A stretch of 64,000 bases of DNA from Felis catus (GCF_018350175.1 NC_058373.1:108130001-108194000), one strand, 5' to 3'. Shown: positions 13,040 through 27,561, counted from the stretch's first letter. Numbers and translations are program-made. The notes: generated from the letters alone by a model not told the origin.

Positions 13040-14420
13040 CTAATAAGGAAGGTGCCATAAAGGGGCATCTGACCCAGACCTAGGAGTGGTAGAATGTTGG
13101 GAAGGAAAGGCTGGGCAAGTTTACCCAGAAAAGGTAGCATCTAAACTCTATTTTGAAGGACAGGTTGGAAAGTTTGTTGGCAGTTGGAAAAAACAAGAAT
13201 TAGGTTAATAAACAAAAGAAAGCATACCAGTGAGAAAAGTTAGCATGGTGTGAACACAGGAACTTTAGGTAGCTTCCTTCAAATAGCCTGGTTCATAGAG
13301 TCAGAGGAAAGACAATGAAAGACGAGGTTAACTAGGGATAAGAAGGGCCTTGGTCAAGAGTTAAGAGCTTAAACTGAAAATTTTTAAAGATGTTAAATGA
13401 GGAATTGAGAGGACCACACTTATACTTACAAATACCACTGGCAACTGTGCAGTGAGTGAATTAGAGACAAGCAAGGCTGGCAGGAGGAAGAGCAGTTAGA
13501 CATGAAATGATTAGGACCTGAACATGAGCAGAGTGGAGAGATACTAGAGAAACAGAATTGACAATTAGTCAGAAGTGACTAATTGACAGGACTTGGTGAC
13601 AAGAAAAAAGACAGAGTGAATCTAGAATTATGAGTTCAATTCTCTCATTTTGGGTTGGAGGTGTCTCTTGTCCATCAAGGTAGAAATTTGTATTTGGACT
13701 ACATAGGTCTAAACTTAGAAAGGTCTAAGCTGGGATGGGCGTTTCTATGGGAGTAAGAAAGGAATGGACATATGGATGTTCACTGCACAATATTTCTGGT
13801 TTTTCTTCAACTTGAAAATTTTCATAATAAAATGTTGAGAAAAAGTGAGAACAGGCTGAATAAAGCAAAAGGAAAATAGAACAGAATTGCATAAAATAAA
13901 ATAAATAAAATAAAAGTAAAGTAAAAAAATTTTAATGCAATTTAAGAGGTAGATAGAAAACCAGCAAGGGGTGGAATTCTAGAAATCAAGGGAAGTGTTT
14001 CAAAAAGAAGGAAGTAATTAACAGTGTCCATTTCTGCAGATCAGTAAAGTGAGGTAAGAAACTCTGACTCACTTATTGAACTAAGCATTGGAAAACCTAG
14101 GTAAAGGCCATTTTGTGGAGTGTTGGGAGTAGAAGACAGGATAAACAGTGATCAGGAAGTGAACAATGGAGACACTGAGTGCAGACTACTCTTTTAAGGG
14201 AAAGCAGTATCAGATGACAGCTATAGGGGACTATTGAAAGAGTCTCTTTCTAGATGGGAGGCATCTGAGCCTGTCTGTACCCTGAGGGAAAAGAGTCAGG
14301 GTAGAGGTTGAAGATAGAGGTGAGAGAGGAGATAAACAGTGTTTCCAGATCCCTGAAGAAAGGGCAGGTGATGAAATCCAAACACAGGAGCAGAGATTAG
14401 CTGCTGGGAGCAGGAGAGAT
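13040..14420 (-). mobile_element. Degenerate L2-like purine-rich remnants with a short L1 fragment
   Basis: G/A-rich antisense L2 phrases (gcagactactcttttaag, gtagaggttgaagatagagg); boundaries approximate. Confidence 0.5.
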
Positions 14421-15231
14421 AGCTCTTCCTAGAGACAAAGAGTTAAGGATGGGAATAGATGCAGGCAAATTTGTTCAGGGACACAAGAAGCAGAGCAAAT
14501 GCTTGTCCACCCACCTCTAGTTTCGTTGTGAAATGTTGGCCAGGACACTTGCTGATAGGGACGAGGAGGAGACAATCCAAACAGCAAGGTTATAGACTGG
14601 ATCTGTTTAATAGTTTTCATGTATACTGTGCACTTTTTCCAATTTTAATGGAATTAGAGAACTGTGGGGTAGAATGCAAATACTCCACCAAACTATCCAT
14701 AACATGATATAATCTTTAAGCTTTCCATTGCCTGAGAGTAATTTTTAATTATCAGTCATATTTACAGTACAATCTGCTTGAAGAAGTGCCAGTGGATAGA
14801 AATAATCTCCCTATGCCTCACAATGCTCATCTGTAAACCAAAGCATTTCAATCACAACCAGATGGGTCTTAATTCTTACGGTTAGTGTATGTGAAGGGCC
14901 TTGAGTGCGCCCTATGCAATGCGTGATACTTTGATGTCCAAGCAATGTTTTCGACAATGTTTTCTTAAGAGATATTTAAAAAATTTCTTGGATTCACACA
15001 GCTTTTATTTAGCATGCTATAAAACTCCCCTGGGCTAAGAATCCACTGCAGTGCATGTGGTAATCTCTCTCCTAGACAACGCAAAATATAAATTGAAGTC
15101 AGATTGGTTTTAGGTCAACCTCTTCCTTAAATTCATTTCTTTATTACAGATAGCTAGGAGGTAGAAAGTTGCAAATGTATTTTATAAGAATGAATGATAA
15201 AGCTGTAAGCCTTAAACTTCAAAGTAGCAGA

Positions 15232-15642
15232 GGGGTGCCTGGGTGGCTCAATCAGTTGAGCATCTGACTTGTGATTTCTACTCAGGTCATGATCCCAGGG
15301 TCATGGGATTGAACCCCACATCAGGCTCAGTGCTGAGTGTGGAAGTCTGCTTAAGATTTTCTCTCCCTCTTCCCCTCTACCCCACTCACGTTCTCTTTCT
15401 AAAAAGAAAAAAATAATTTTTTAAAAAAAATTAGAAAGGGCGCCTGAGTGGCTCAGTCAGTTAAGCATTCGACTCTTGATTTTGGCTCAGGTCATGATCT
15501 CACGGTTCATGAGTTGGAGCCCTGCATCAAGCTCTCTGCTGTCAGTAACAGAGCCTGCTTCAGATCCTCTGTCCCTTTGTCTCTCTGCCCCTCCCCAGCT
15601 CATGCTCTCTCTCTCTCAAAAATAAATAAACATTTAAAAAAA
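15232..15642 (+). mobile_element. Tandem pair of Can-SINEs
   Basis: Heads near 15232 and 15438; flanking tagcag repeat. Confidence 0.88.
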
Positions 15643-15664
15643 TAGCAGGAGTGTTAAGGGTAAG

Positions 15665-16170
15665 ACATTGTCCTCTTAATGATTAGGGCCAATTACCCTT
15701 TCTGGGTAGTGATTCCTTTCTTGCCTCTGTCTTGGCACATGGAGCCCAAAGTAACCAGGTGCGAGCTGAAGCTTCAAATGCAATGGAATTCTTAGTATGT
15801 CCTCTGATAACAGGGCCTCCAGACCTACAATGCCCAAAGCAGGGGTGAGAAGTACACATTTCTCAAATGTGTCACTGGGAGTGATGATGAAAAAGGATAG
15901 CCCCATTCCATTCTTTGTGTTCCAAACTTTTGTATTTTACCTATCAGGGATACAGAAATACCACACAATGTTTGTCATTGAGGACTTATACAGCATCCTG
16001 GAAGATGGTGCCAACCTCACAAGGTATCCTCTTCAGAATGGAGCTTCAGATTCATCTTTCAGAAGCTGTTTCACTGCTCTACTGGACTGATGGATTCTGG
16101 GGGATACAGCATGAGAGAGGAACAATGGACCCCATGGCCATGTGCCACTGCTTCACCCCTTTGTTGTAAA
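15665..16170 (-). mobile_element. ERVL/MaLR-class internal fragment (integrase C-terminus and dUTPase-like region)
   Basis: Minus ORF IITPSDTFEKCVLLTPA..IPLHLKLQLAPGYFGL..VIGP resembles the recalled HERV-L ITPSDPLAKFLLPVP..IPLNWKLRLPPGHFGL..VIDP. Confidence 0.7.
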
Positions 16171-17968
16171 GTTAGTCCCTACAGGAGTCTGAAAGAATCC
16201 AGCTCATAATGGGCTGCATGAGCTGGAAGACTACTTGATGTCTCATGTTATATGCTCTCTCTCTACCATGACCCAATAGTCCACTGAGTACTGTTTTGAA
16301 TGGTTTATAGCTTTTGCAGTAGAAAGCATGGCCTTGTGCCAGAATCCCAAAGGTGTACATTATGGTTTTCCTTTGAAACTTTCCATGAACTGCAAATGAT
16401 GTCTTTTCCCACCACAAATATTTCTAATACACACATTTTTAAATGAGGGTGATAACACCCACAAGAGGGCAAAAAATGATTCTTGGGTAGTAAAAAAAAA
16501 TACAAAACTCTGAGATATTACAATGGTTTGTGGTTATTCAAAACTCAACTCTACCTGACAAAATCATATTCCTTAATATTTCATTTCTCTTACTGGATTT
16601 TCTTGGGCATTACATGAGTAGCATTGACATTGATTTAATAGAAAACACACAAAACATATATAAGATGAGTGCTACAAAACTATGGTGAATAATGGCTGTG
16701 ATTGGCAGATTTTCTCTTGATGGATTGCTCTATCTTGCAATGATACAGTGAGAGTGGGCTGTGTGTATGTGTGTGTGTGTCTATTAGATGCTATTTACTA
16801 CCTTGTAGATGTTGTCCATGTTGGATCCTCAGTGCTGTTGTGCGTGACTGGGACTTAATAAGTAAACATAGTTTCTATTTTATAATTTAATTCTACAAAA
16901 GTCTTTCAACCCATCATTAATTATGTCAAGCATTTAGAAGATGTTGACAATATCTCACTGAGTATCAGCCTATAGTTTTACTGAAAGCCCATTCAACTCA
17001 AGACAGTCCATGTGTCATAGCGATAGTTCTTTTTCCCCTGACCTTATGAAACTACTTGATCACTTGAAAAGGAAATACCCTGATAAAGTAGGCAAATGTA
17101 TGTAATATATCAAGTCTTTAAAACAGAATTTTAAGCTATCTAACACTGCTACTTCCTTAGTTAAGAACACATGAATGAATGACAATGGAGTGACTGGGCC
17201 TTAGAAAATTGCAGAAATCATTACAAAACCTGATAGTGCTCATACAGTTGCTAAGAGTATTGTGTGAATGTGGAGACTACAGTTTCAATAGTGATGTAGC
17301 AAAATTCAATATTTTAAAAGAACTGCCATTAAGCGGTGATTAGATTCATAGATGTTACCTATGAGTTGTTAGTTGAGACACAACTAATCAGCACATTAAA
17401 AACAAGAAAAATTTCTATGCAGAATGATGAAATACAGTTACTGAAGATAAGTCCTTCTAATGGCAACTATTGTTATCTCTGGGGTGATTATAAATTATTA
17501 GGAGGGATGTTTATAAATTCTTTAGAAACTATACTATCTATTTTTGCTGTTGTAGGATTTTGGCTCAATGAAACACAAGTACCATTGGAGAGTTAAGTGC
17601 CCCATGGTGCTTCTGGTGGAGCAAATTAAACGGTTGGAAGACATAAAGATATATAGCCCACCTAAAGGAATTATGTCCTGAAGTTCTCTCAGTAAACTGC
17701 ATTGTGCATTGACAACAGCTGATCGCAACAAATGTTAGTCCAGTCCTTTATCTCACTATTGCAATTAAAACCATCAATAAAATAAAGTCACATAGAAAAT
17801 ATGATTACTTTTCCATAAAACTTAATGTTGGTAATGAATAGTATGTGAGGCTTCTTCTGCAAAAAAAAAGTCAGATGGCTTCCTGAAGGAAACTAACAAG
17901 ATTTGTAAGCCTTTTGGATATAATCCATTTTTCAGAAAATAAAGAAGACAGATTTAGCAAAGGAGATC

Positions 17969-17973
<5 letters not shown>

Positions 17974-18016
<43 letters not shown>
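17974..18016. repeat. (AC)~21 microsatellite
   Basis: Direct reading. Confidence 0.97.
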
Positions 18017-18018
<2 letters not shown>

Positions 18019-18695
18019 GCTTATGTACTATGGTTTGAATTTTTCAGAAAACTTGATAAAGTAACATTTCAACTTCAGGTGAAATTATATATTATACAAA
18101 TATGTAAATTTAGCAACACTCACTGAAAATCTGGAAATATTTTCAATCAATTGAATGAGAAAATGATGTAATAGAATGCAGGACTTAACTGAAATCAATG
18201 CATTAGTCACATCACTGAGAATACAGTTAAGAATTTTTGAGAGAGTTTAAGAAGTCAAACTTCCAGCCAGATAGCAAGCTACAGCAGCATGGCTTAAGAA
18301 GAGCCAAATCCAGAAAAAAAAATTCATTGCCATAACACTGCAGGACACTTTGTTAGCAGATGTTCCCACCTGTTCAGGTAAGTACTCCAATTCCCCCGAA
18401 GTGTTTTCGGAGAGCCCCAGAGGAGTATCTCACATACCTTCACTGATCAGTGCGGGTCCTTCACTTCCTTACTATAGCTGGCCTCTGTAGTGCCAGGGCT
18501 CTGCTTTGGTAAGTGCCAGCTGGGGATCTGCTTAAATGCTGTTACTTGCTTCTGCCATGTTGACGTTCTATGCCAGGTACATACCCTTGCCAATCACTCC
18601 AGCTACCAGTGCGCTCAACTCTTGCTGTATATAATGATACGGCAGCAGTGAACTGCAAAGTGAGGAGGGAGACTTTTCTCCCCTCTGTGTTATAC

Positions 18696-19339
18696 TGTTG
18701 GAGGGTTTTGTAACAGCACTCCAACTGGTCTTAAGGGTTAACTTACTTCAAGTTTATGCACTCCTTGCTTGCTGACCTGAACCCCATAATTTATAATGGA
18801 ACTAACCCACTTCCCTAAGATCCTGCAGACCGCTAGCCTTGAGAAAGGAAGGGCTGGACTTTTGGGAAGATAAGGCCTGACCACACTCGAAAATAGCCAC
18901 CACTGACCATGATATCCTCAATAAGAGACACCTGGGAGCCTTGATTCCTGGGTACATGGGGAGGAGTGTGGATGGCCTTGTCAGGGCCTGGCTTGTTGGG
19001 CTGCAAGGGTATCCTTTACTGAGAGACACCTGGGAGCCTTGATTACGGGCAGAGAGGAGGACTCTGGACACCTTGCAAGGACAAATGATTAACTGCTGAG
19101 CACCGGCTTCTCCTGTATGTAGTCCGTTCACCATTTCCTGTGCCTTCTTCTTTAAAAACATTTGGCTTCACCTCTATGGGAGGATGGTCTTTGGAACATT
19201 AGTCTTCCACCTTCCCAGGTTGCTGACCTCTTGAATAAAGTAACCTTTCTTTTCCAACCAATACTTGTCTCTCGAGTATTGGCTCTCCAGAGGACAGGAG
19301 CCAAACCTGAGTTCGGAACCAGTCCTCTGTCCAGTAACA
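18696..19339 (+). mobile_element. ERV1-like solo LTR
   Basis: Ends GTAACA; 23-bp U3 direct repeat (18924-18946, 19022-19044); TTTAAAAA box 19151-19158; AATAAA 19234-19239; CCAATACT/AGTATTGG hairpin 19258-19282; 5' boundary uncertain, no clear TSD. Confidence 0.72.
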
Positions 19340-19841
19340 ATCTCACAGCAACATTCTCAAACTCTAATATGTAAAAATAAAAATTAAAGAAAATAAATAC
19401 AAAATAAAAAAAACCACCAACAACAAAACAAAACTGCCTCTTTCAATCACTAGATCACTTAGATTATGTTGCTAAATCCAGACTTTCTATAGGATAAGTT
19501 GTCTTTGAGATTTAGTTGTCCTTTTGCTGTAATTTGCTTCCATTGAATTCTTCACAATTTACAGGTGCCTTTGTATGCCTGAAATCAATAATTGCCATGA
19601 TCCCAATTATTTTCCTAAAGGTTTATCACTGTCTGTATAAATCGAATAAAATGGAATAGATACAGGTAGACAGGAAGTTGCCTGTCTCTGCCGATAGCTG
19701 GATTAGGACTCAGTTTTAGTCAACCTAGGATGTCCTAATTCATTCTCAAAGAAAATGTAAAGGATTTTACTGTGAAACTTAAAAAACACATATTTTTAGA
19801 AGGAAAAAAACCTAAAGCTCAGATTCTGGAAATCGGGTTTC

Positions 19842-20054
19842 TTTTTTTTTTTATTTTTTTAATTGTTATTTATTGTCGAGAGAGACAGAGACAGAATGCG
19901 AGTGGGTCAGGGCAGAGAGAGAGGGAGGCACAGAATCTGAAGCAGGCTCTAGGCTCCGAGCTGTAAGCACAGAGCCTGACACGGGGCTTGAACTCATGAG
20001 CTGTGAGATCATGACCTGAGCCTAAGTCAGACACTCAACCAACTGAGCGCCCCT
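19842..20054 (-). mobile_element. Can-SINE
   Basis: Reverse-complement SINEC; flanking ctggaaat(c/g)ggtttct repeat. Confidence 0.9.
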
Positions 20055-21033
20055 GGAAATGGGTTTCTAATCTTATCTCTGTCTCTAGTTTTCTGTATGA
20101 GCTCATGCCTTGAGCCTATTTCTTACCACACTGTATTAAATAGTTACACAAGATGGCTTTGATTGTCAAGCAGGGTGATAGATGTCAAAGTGCTTGGAAA
20201 ATATTAACTGTACTGTTCAAATGTGAAGGATTCTCATTTTTATAATATTTACTTCAAACTTTACCTTTTGAATTTAATTGTCCACCTACTAAGTTATGAC
20301 ATTAACTCTGTGTTTCTCAGTCTTATACCTTTAAAGGCTGTATGAGATAAATTACTTTAAGGGAGCTTTGTCATAAAACTTTAGAGTTAGTAGGGGCTCT
20401 GGGGATTACATAGCTCAAATCTCTCATATTTCAGATAAGGGAACTGAGTCACAAAGAAGGATAGATTATCTTAGTTGTGGATGGTGTAAAAGGTCAGGAA
20501 CACAGGATCCTGATTGATACATAGTACTGTCATGTCATAGAAGCATGCCCTCAAGTACATTATTTCTTTTCAGAGATTATTCAGTATGAACAGTTGTCCA
20601 ACATGCCTATTCACCAGGCCTCCAGATAAGCTATGTGATATTCATTCACACCATTCCTTATTCCCAGAGCTTTTAAACACTAGTGCTCATAGAGCCCAGT
20701 TTTTAGGAGACCAACAAAATGGTATTTATTGAGTTCCTTTTCTGTACCAGGCACTATCTGAGGCACTGAAGATCAGCATAACAAGATAGACAAACCACTG
20801 CTATAACAGAGCTTATATCCTACTGAAATACTGACATATAAAGTAATATATATGTTAAAAGGAATCTGTTGTCTTAAGCTTATAGGACACACAGTGAATG
20901 CTCTCCTTGGCAGTGTATTTCTTTAGTTGGAAGTCTCTATTGGAACATTTTTCTCCATATTGTACTAATATTCAAGTTTCAGTCTTCCTAGAAATAGTTT
21001 CCAAGTCCTTTAACCATTTAAGAATATATCTAT

Positions 21034-21255
21034 GGGGGGCACCTGGGTGGCTCATTTGGTTTCGTGTCTGACTCTTGATTTCAGCTCAGGTCATGATGTT
21101 GCAGTTCATGAGATGGAGTCTGAATCAGGCTCTGCGCTGACAGCACAGAGCCTGCTTAGGATTCTCTCTCTCCCTGCCCCTCCCCTCTGTGTGTGTGTGT
21201 GTGTGCTCCCTCTCTCTCGGTCTCAAAATAAATACATAAACTTATAATAAGAAAA
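21034..21255 (+). mobile_element. Can-SINE
   Basis: Canonical head; TSD agaatatatctatgg on both sides. Confidence 0.9.
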
Positions 21256-24200
21256 GAGAATATATCTATGGAGGCCCACATGCAATTATGAGAACCACCT
21301 GTATGTTTCAGGCATCTGCCTCGTACGCAATGACACTCATATTTTGCTAATACCTACCTTTGGTGGCATTCATTTCCTAAACAGAGCAGCCCTTAGTTGA
21401 GTAGGAATGAAAAAAGAGCCATCTTTTAACCTCTGTGTCTGGTCATTTCATTTTCCCTTCACACTTTGGAGCAGAGGCAATTCATTCAGCTATTTTACCC
21501 TCCTGAATTTTTCTCCTTTATGACAGCTGACAGTCAGCTGCTATATATATTCTTCTGGTTGGAGTAGTGAGAACTGGGCATGTAAAGCTCTGAAAAATGG
21601 AACTGGAGCCAGGATCCAATGAGCCATAGACACAGCCACGATGAAAGACAACAAAGGACTAGGATATAGACAGCATTCAAGTGTTCAACCAATTGATAGT
21701 TGAAATGTATCCTAATGAGGATAATACCGAAGAAAGGTCAGAAATTAGACAAGAGGCACAGTGAACAGGTGGTCAGCCTCTTTGTAAGAGTATCATTTCT
21801 AATCTATTTTACTGAAGTGTAATTTACATACAAGAAAATAAACCACTTTATGTGAGTTTGATGTGTTTTGAAATATGGACATACTTGCATATCCACCACC
21901 ATATCAATACGATAAGGTCTTAGGATGGACTCCTTTTTCCCTCCACGTAATCTTCTCAGCTATTTCTTCTTGCAGATTCTGGGATTGCTAAACTCTGGGA
22001 TTTGTCTTTGCTCCAACAGAAAGTATCAATGAAGTACCAGCAGCAATAACACCTTGAGATAAATTCTTGTCCCCAAACCTAGTTGCCACAGATCTTGTTA
22101 ATGGAATCTGGAAAAGGCTTGGTAAATGTTTGTGCAGCAAGCATCAGAGATGTTCTGCTGCGTGGGCAGGTGGGGAATATGAAGGAAACAGTTTATAAAT
22201 CCAGATGCTTATCTGTCCAAATACAACAGGTTTTAACAGCTCATTAAGTTGTTTCCTTCGGTCCCTTACAATCCTAGAAAAGTAGACAGGAAGTGAGGAG
22301 TGGAGGTGAGGGTCAGGACTAGAAGTATTGGTTGAAGTAATGATAGACAATGTCTGCAATTCCCAAGATCCACCCCATATGTTGATACATAGTGCATGTT
22401 TAATATCATGTGTCCTGATAATAAGATAATGCTGGGAAGCTTTGGCTTACTTGGTATTGCCATGTAATGTACACTCACACAGGAGTGTAGCTAACCTGTC
22501 TTTGCAAGTCCAGGTATAAAATTAATCAACTTCTTGTGACTGCCTCTGGTTCTTCATAGGCAAGTCTTGACACACTTAACCAAAGGAATCTTTGTAAGTT
22601 TTCCAATATAAGAGCCAACTAGCTAATGTTTCTGCATTACCCACAAAAAATCAAAGGGAAAATATTATCCACCCCAAATTTGGAAAGTATGAGTTGCCAG
22701 TGGCTTAGTGCACATGGAAAGAAAACCAAGCTAGGATAAATATTAAGCAATGTAAGATTCTTGTTTTCTTTCCGCTATAATTTTTCTATCACAGTTTTTC
22801 ACTTAAAAATGGTTATTTTAAAATACCTGGATAATAGAAAGATAAACTTGTAGTAGAAATTAACATCTAGAAGAAAAGTACCTTTTAAATGCCATGGTCA
22901 CTGGTACTTTGAGTGTTCTGGGTAGTGTTTTCTTCCTAATAGAAACTGCAGTTGATTTGGAGAGGATGAGTATGTCACACAAACAGTTTCTAAAAGTTAA
23001 GCACTCTGTCCTAAGATTTATTCTGGGGTTCCCTCACCTACCCTCTATCATCTGACTACCTGTATTATAATTTGAAAAAGTTTTTTTCTGTGAGCATTGA
23101 AACAAAGTTGGACGGAGATGCACAGAGATTCTGGAAGGCTACAGGCTTGCAAAAGGTTATTGTTTGACAGGGTTTTGGCAGAACCTCAGCAGACAGTATA
23201 TAGAACTTGAAGATGTTTCTCCTCTAGAGATACGTGAGCCAATCTAAATTTTTACCCCGAAGTATAATTATTTAATATTAATTCATATCACAATCAGAAA
23301 TGCTCAAAATCTAATAAATGCATTCCTAAAACTCTTACTATAGAATTATTAGATTCACAGTGTCCTTTTCACTCATCACTTTCATAAAAAATCAGATGAA
23401 GCTCACCTGGTTTCAAATGGATCTGAAGTCATCAGTTGTTTACAATCAAGAGGTTTTTTGTCCTTGCAGCTAAAAAGATGATGTATGATACACAAATTCA
23501 GAGTAGTTGCTCTAAAGATAATAAGAATAAAAGAAAGAAAAAATCATTTTTAACTAGTTAGAATGGTCAAAATAGGTAAAATACAGGTATTTTTTTCCAT
23601 TTATAACTCATTTAAGGTTGATAGCTTTCATAAACAGATAAGGAAATTGACATGGTGAAGTTTTTCCAAAGCAAACTATAATATAAAAATTTGTCTTGCT
23701 AGCTGTCAAATGTCTCTTTGTTAACCTGCCTAGAGAAATCCAATTTTATTTGCGGTCAAAATTAAAAGATATTTGTTCATAGATATTAAAATTATGTTAA
23801 TTTTATTTTAAAATTCTTGCCAAGTTGCTGTCTTTGTCATCATCCATCGGTTTACTGTAAATACTGAAAATATTAGATGTATGTGAACTGATGAGAGATA
23901 ATCTCCAAATGATATTGTTATGTGAAATAGATTTAGTAGGTAGTCAAAGTAAATACTAATCTATCATCTGTACAGAAAGGAAAGGACACAAAACAGATCT
24001 TTTGGTATGCTAATATCTCTGGACAGACACACAAATACTGGTAACAATGGTTTCCTCTACAGAGAAGGAGGAGGAGAGGGAGGTCAGGAGAACTTTTTGT
24101 ATTTGCTCATTTGTTGAATTTGAATTTTTTCCAGCCAAAAGCACAACACACCCTACAATCACACGCATAGTTATATTACTCAACTTTTCCTCATTCTAAA

Positions 24201-24694
24201 ATTGATGCTGTAGGAAGATGATGAACTATGTTTTTGTCCTCCTCACCCTACCTTCCACAGCTTCGAGCATTTTCTGACACACAGGTATCACAGTTTAAGT
24301 GCCATAAAGGAGCGGCATGGTCTATAATCCTGGTTCCACTAATTCCTAGCTTTGTGATTTTGTATTTTTACCTCTTTGACCATTAACTCACTGATCATGA
24401 CATGATCACCACAATTTCTACCTCGCAGGGATGTGATAGTGCTTAAATGAGTGTATCTAGAAATGCTTAGCCCACCACCCTCCCAAATAACGCAAAAAAT
24501 AAAAAAATAAAAATGCTTAGCCCAGTGATTAGAATATGACAGGTGCTTAAGAGATGGTTGTTCTTATGTGCTGGGCACCATCCCAGGTTCTAGGGCTGCC
24601 AATATAAAGGATTCCTGTTCATAAGGAGCTCATACTGTATAATGGCACATAAACCTGCAGATTAAAGAAAAAATATGTCTGGCCCAAAATAGAA

Positions 24695-24878
24695 TGGCTC
24701 AGTTGGTTGAGCATCCGACTTTGACTCAGGTCATGATCTTGCAGTTCGTGAGTTCAAGCCCCGCACCAGGCTCACTGCTGTCAGCCTGTCAGTGCAGACC
24801 CTGCTTCGGATCCTCTGTCCCCCTCTCTCTGCCCCTCCCCAACTTGTGTTCTGCCCAAAATGAATAAATATTTAAAAA
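24695..24878 (+). mobile_element. Can-SINE (5'-truncated)
   Basis: tggctcagttggttgagcatccgact..gagttcaagcccc, CT tract, A tail. Confidence 0.87.
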
Positions 24879-26214
24879 CATGATACAATTGTATACTCTA
24901 AGTATGTAACATATTTGTGTGGTCTGGGATGGGGATAGAAAACAAGCAAGGCAGATTCTTAATAAATACCTTTTTTTGAGTTATTAATGTACCAACTTCC
25001 GTACAGGTGAAAAAAATATGTGGAAATACTATAAGCATTTGGATCGGGAGGTAGTATTACCATCATTTTTCAAAGATAAGACTCTATTCTCCTTTTTCTT
25101 TTATATCTTTACTTTCTAGAAATAACTTTTATAGAGCTGTGACTTTTCAGAATCTTCTTGCTTACTTCGATGCTGGAAAAATATCCAAATTTCACTTTTC
25201 TTTTTAGTCAAAGGGATGTTTTATCAAGGTTGATTCTTACAAATTTAAGCCTTTTGCTTTATTCAGGAAGATAAGAAAACTTGACTTTGGAAGGATATTC
25301 CTTTTTTTTCTCTTATAATTAATAGACTATTTCTTAGTTTTAGGTTTTCAGAAAAATTAAACAGAAAGTACAGAGAGTTCCCATGCATTCCTTCTTCCTC
25401 CCCGTATAAACACACCATTCCTTATTATTGACATCTTGTGTTGGTATGGCTCATTTGTTACAACTGATGAAGCAATATTGATACGTTATTATTAAACAAA
25501 GCCCATAGTTTACATTAGGGTTCACACTTTGTGCTATAGAGTTCTATGGGTTTTGCCTAATGTATAATATCATGTATGCGTCATTAGGGTATCACACAGA
25601 ATAGTTTCACTGCCTTAAAAATTCCCTGTGCTCCACCTATGCATCCTTCCCCTCTTCCCTCTAATTCCTGGCAACCACTGATCTTTTTACAGTCTCCATA
25701 GTTTTGCCTTTTCCAGAACGTCAATAGTTAGAATTATATGCTATGAAGCCCTTTCAACCTGGCTTCTTTCACTTACCAATATGCATTTAAAGTTTTCTTA
25801 AATATGCATTTGATGTCTTTTGGTGACTTGATAGCTCATTTCCTTTTAGCCCTAAATAAGATTCCGTTGTTTGGATGTATCATAGTTTATCCACTTACCT
25901 AGTAGTGAGTTTTAGTTGCTTCCACTTCTTGGCAATTATGGATGAAGTTGCTATAAACATTCATGTGTAGGTTTTAGTGTGAATGTAAGTTTTCACCTCA
26001 TTTAGTAAATATCTAGGAGCATCACTGCTAGATTGTTTAGCATTGTAATCAACTGAGAAATTATACTCCAGAGTGGCTGTGCCATTTTGCATTCCTACCA
26101 GCAATGAATAAGAGTTCTATTGCTCCACATCCCTGCCAACACTGGTGTCAGTGTTTTGGATTTTAGCCATTTAAAATGTGCAGTGGTATCTCATATTTAA
26201 ATCTGCAATTCCTC

Positions 26215-26302
26215 GGTCGCCTTGCTGGCTCCATGGGAAGAGCACCTGACTCTTGGCCTCAGTGTCGTGAGTTTGAGCCCCAAATTGGGTAGAGAGATTA
26301 CA

Positions 26303-26381
<79 letters not shown>

Positions 26382-26610
26382 ATATTTTTAGGGTGTCCAG
26401 GTGGCTCAGTTGGTTAGGCATCTGACTCTTGGTTTTGGCTCAGGTCATGATTTCATAGTTTGTGAGTTCGAGCCCCACATTAGGCTCTGCACTCACAGTG
26501 CAGGGCCTGCTTAGGATTCTCTCTGTCCTCTGTCTCTGCCCTCCCCCACTCATGTTCTGTCTCTCTCTAAATAAATAAAACTTAAGAAGAAATAAATATT
26601 TTTAAAAAAA
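26215..26610 (+). mobile_element. Short tRNA-Lys-like SINE with (TAAA)20 tail followed by a Can-SINE
   Basis: tRNA-Lys-like head 26215-26300, (TAAA)20 at 26303-26382, second SINE head at 26390. Confidence 0.85.
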
Positions 26611-27561
26611 TAAAATAACTTTGCAATTCCCTAATGACATACGATGTTGAGCATCTTCTCATATGCTTGTTTGCCATCTGTATATCTTCTCTGGTGAAGC
26701 ATCTGTTCAGGTTTTTGGTACATTTTTAAATTGGATTATCTATTTTTGACTTACTGTCAACAATTATCTTATTGTTCAGTTTTAAGAGTTCTTTGTATAT
26801 TTTATATGCAAGTCCTCTAACAGATATGTGTTTTGTAAGTATTTTCTCCCAGTATGTGGCTTGTCTTTTCATTCTCCTAGTAGTGCCTTTTGCAAAGTAA
26901 AAGTTTTTAACTTACTAGACCCCAATTATTATAGAAATAATAATCTATATTTTTTCTTTGTCTCTGAAAACTTAACATTTTCTTTCATGGATAATGCTTT
27001 TGGTGTTGAAGCCAAGGTCACCTAGCTGTTTCTCCTAGGTTATCAAAAAAATTTACTGTTTTACATTGTACACTTAGGTCTAAGATCCATTTTGATTTAA
27101 TTTTTGTGAAAAGTATGATGAGGTCAGATTTTAAATTCATTTTTTTTAAATGTGGATGTCCAATTATTCTAGCACCATTTGTTGAAATGATTTTTTTCTC
27201 TATTGGATTGCCTTCTTTGCTCCTTTGTCAGAGATCATTTGGCTCTTTTTGTGTGAGTTTATTTCAGAGCTCTTTATTCTGTTCCATTTTTCTATTTACC
27301 TATTCTTTTGCCAATACCACACGGTCTTGATTATTGCAGCTGTATACTAAATCTTGAAGTTCTTTGTTCTTCTTCAATACTGTGTTTAGTATTCTGATCT
27401 TTTGCTTCTCCATATAACTTTAGAATCAGTTTGTTGACAATGAAAAAGTAACCTCGCAGGGCTTTAGATTGCATTGAGTCTATAGATCAGTTGAGGCAAG
27501 AATTGACATCTTAACAATATTGAGTTTTCCTGTCCATGAACATGAAATCTCTGTTTATTTA

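Noticed and set aside
26215..26300. tRNA-Lys-like sequence
   Set aside because: Degenerate stems and A-rich tail; SINE/retrocopy, not a functional tRNA gene.
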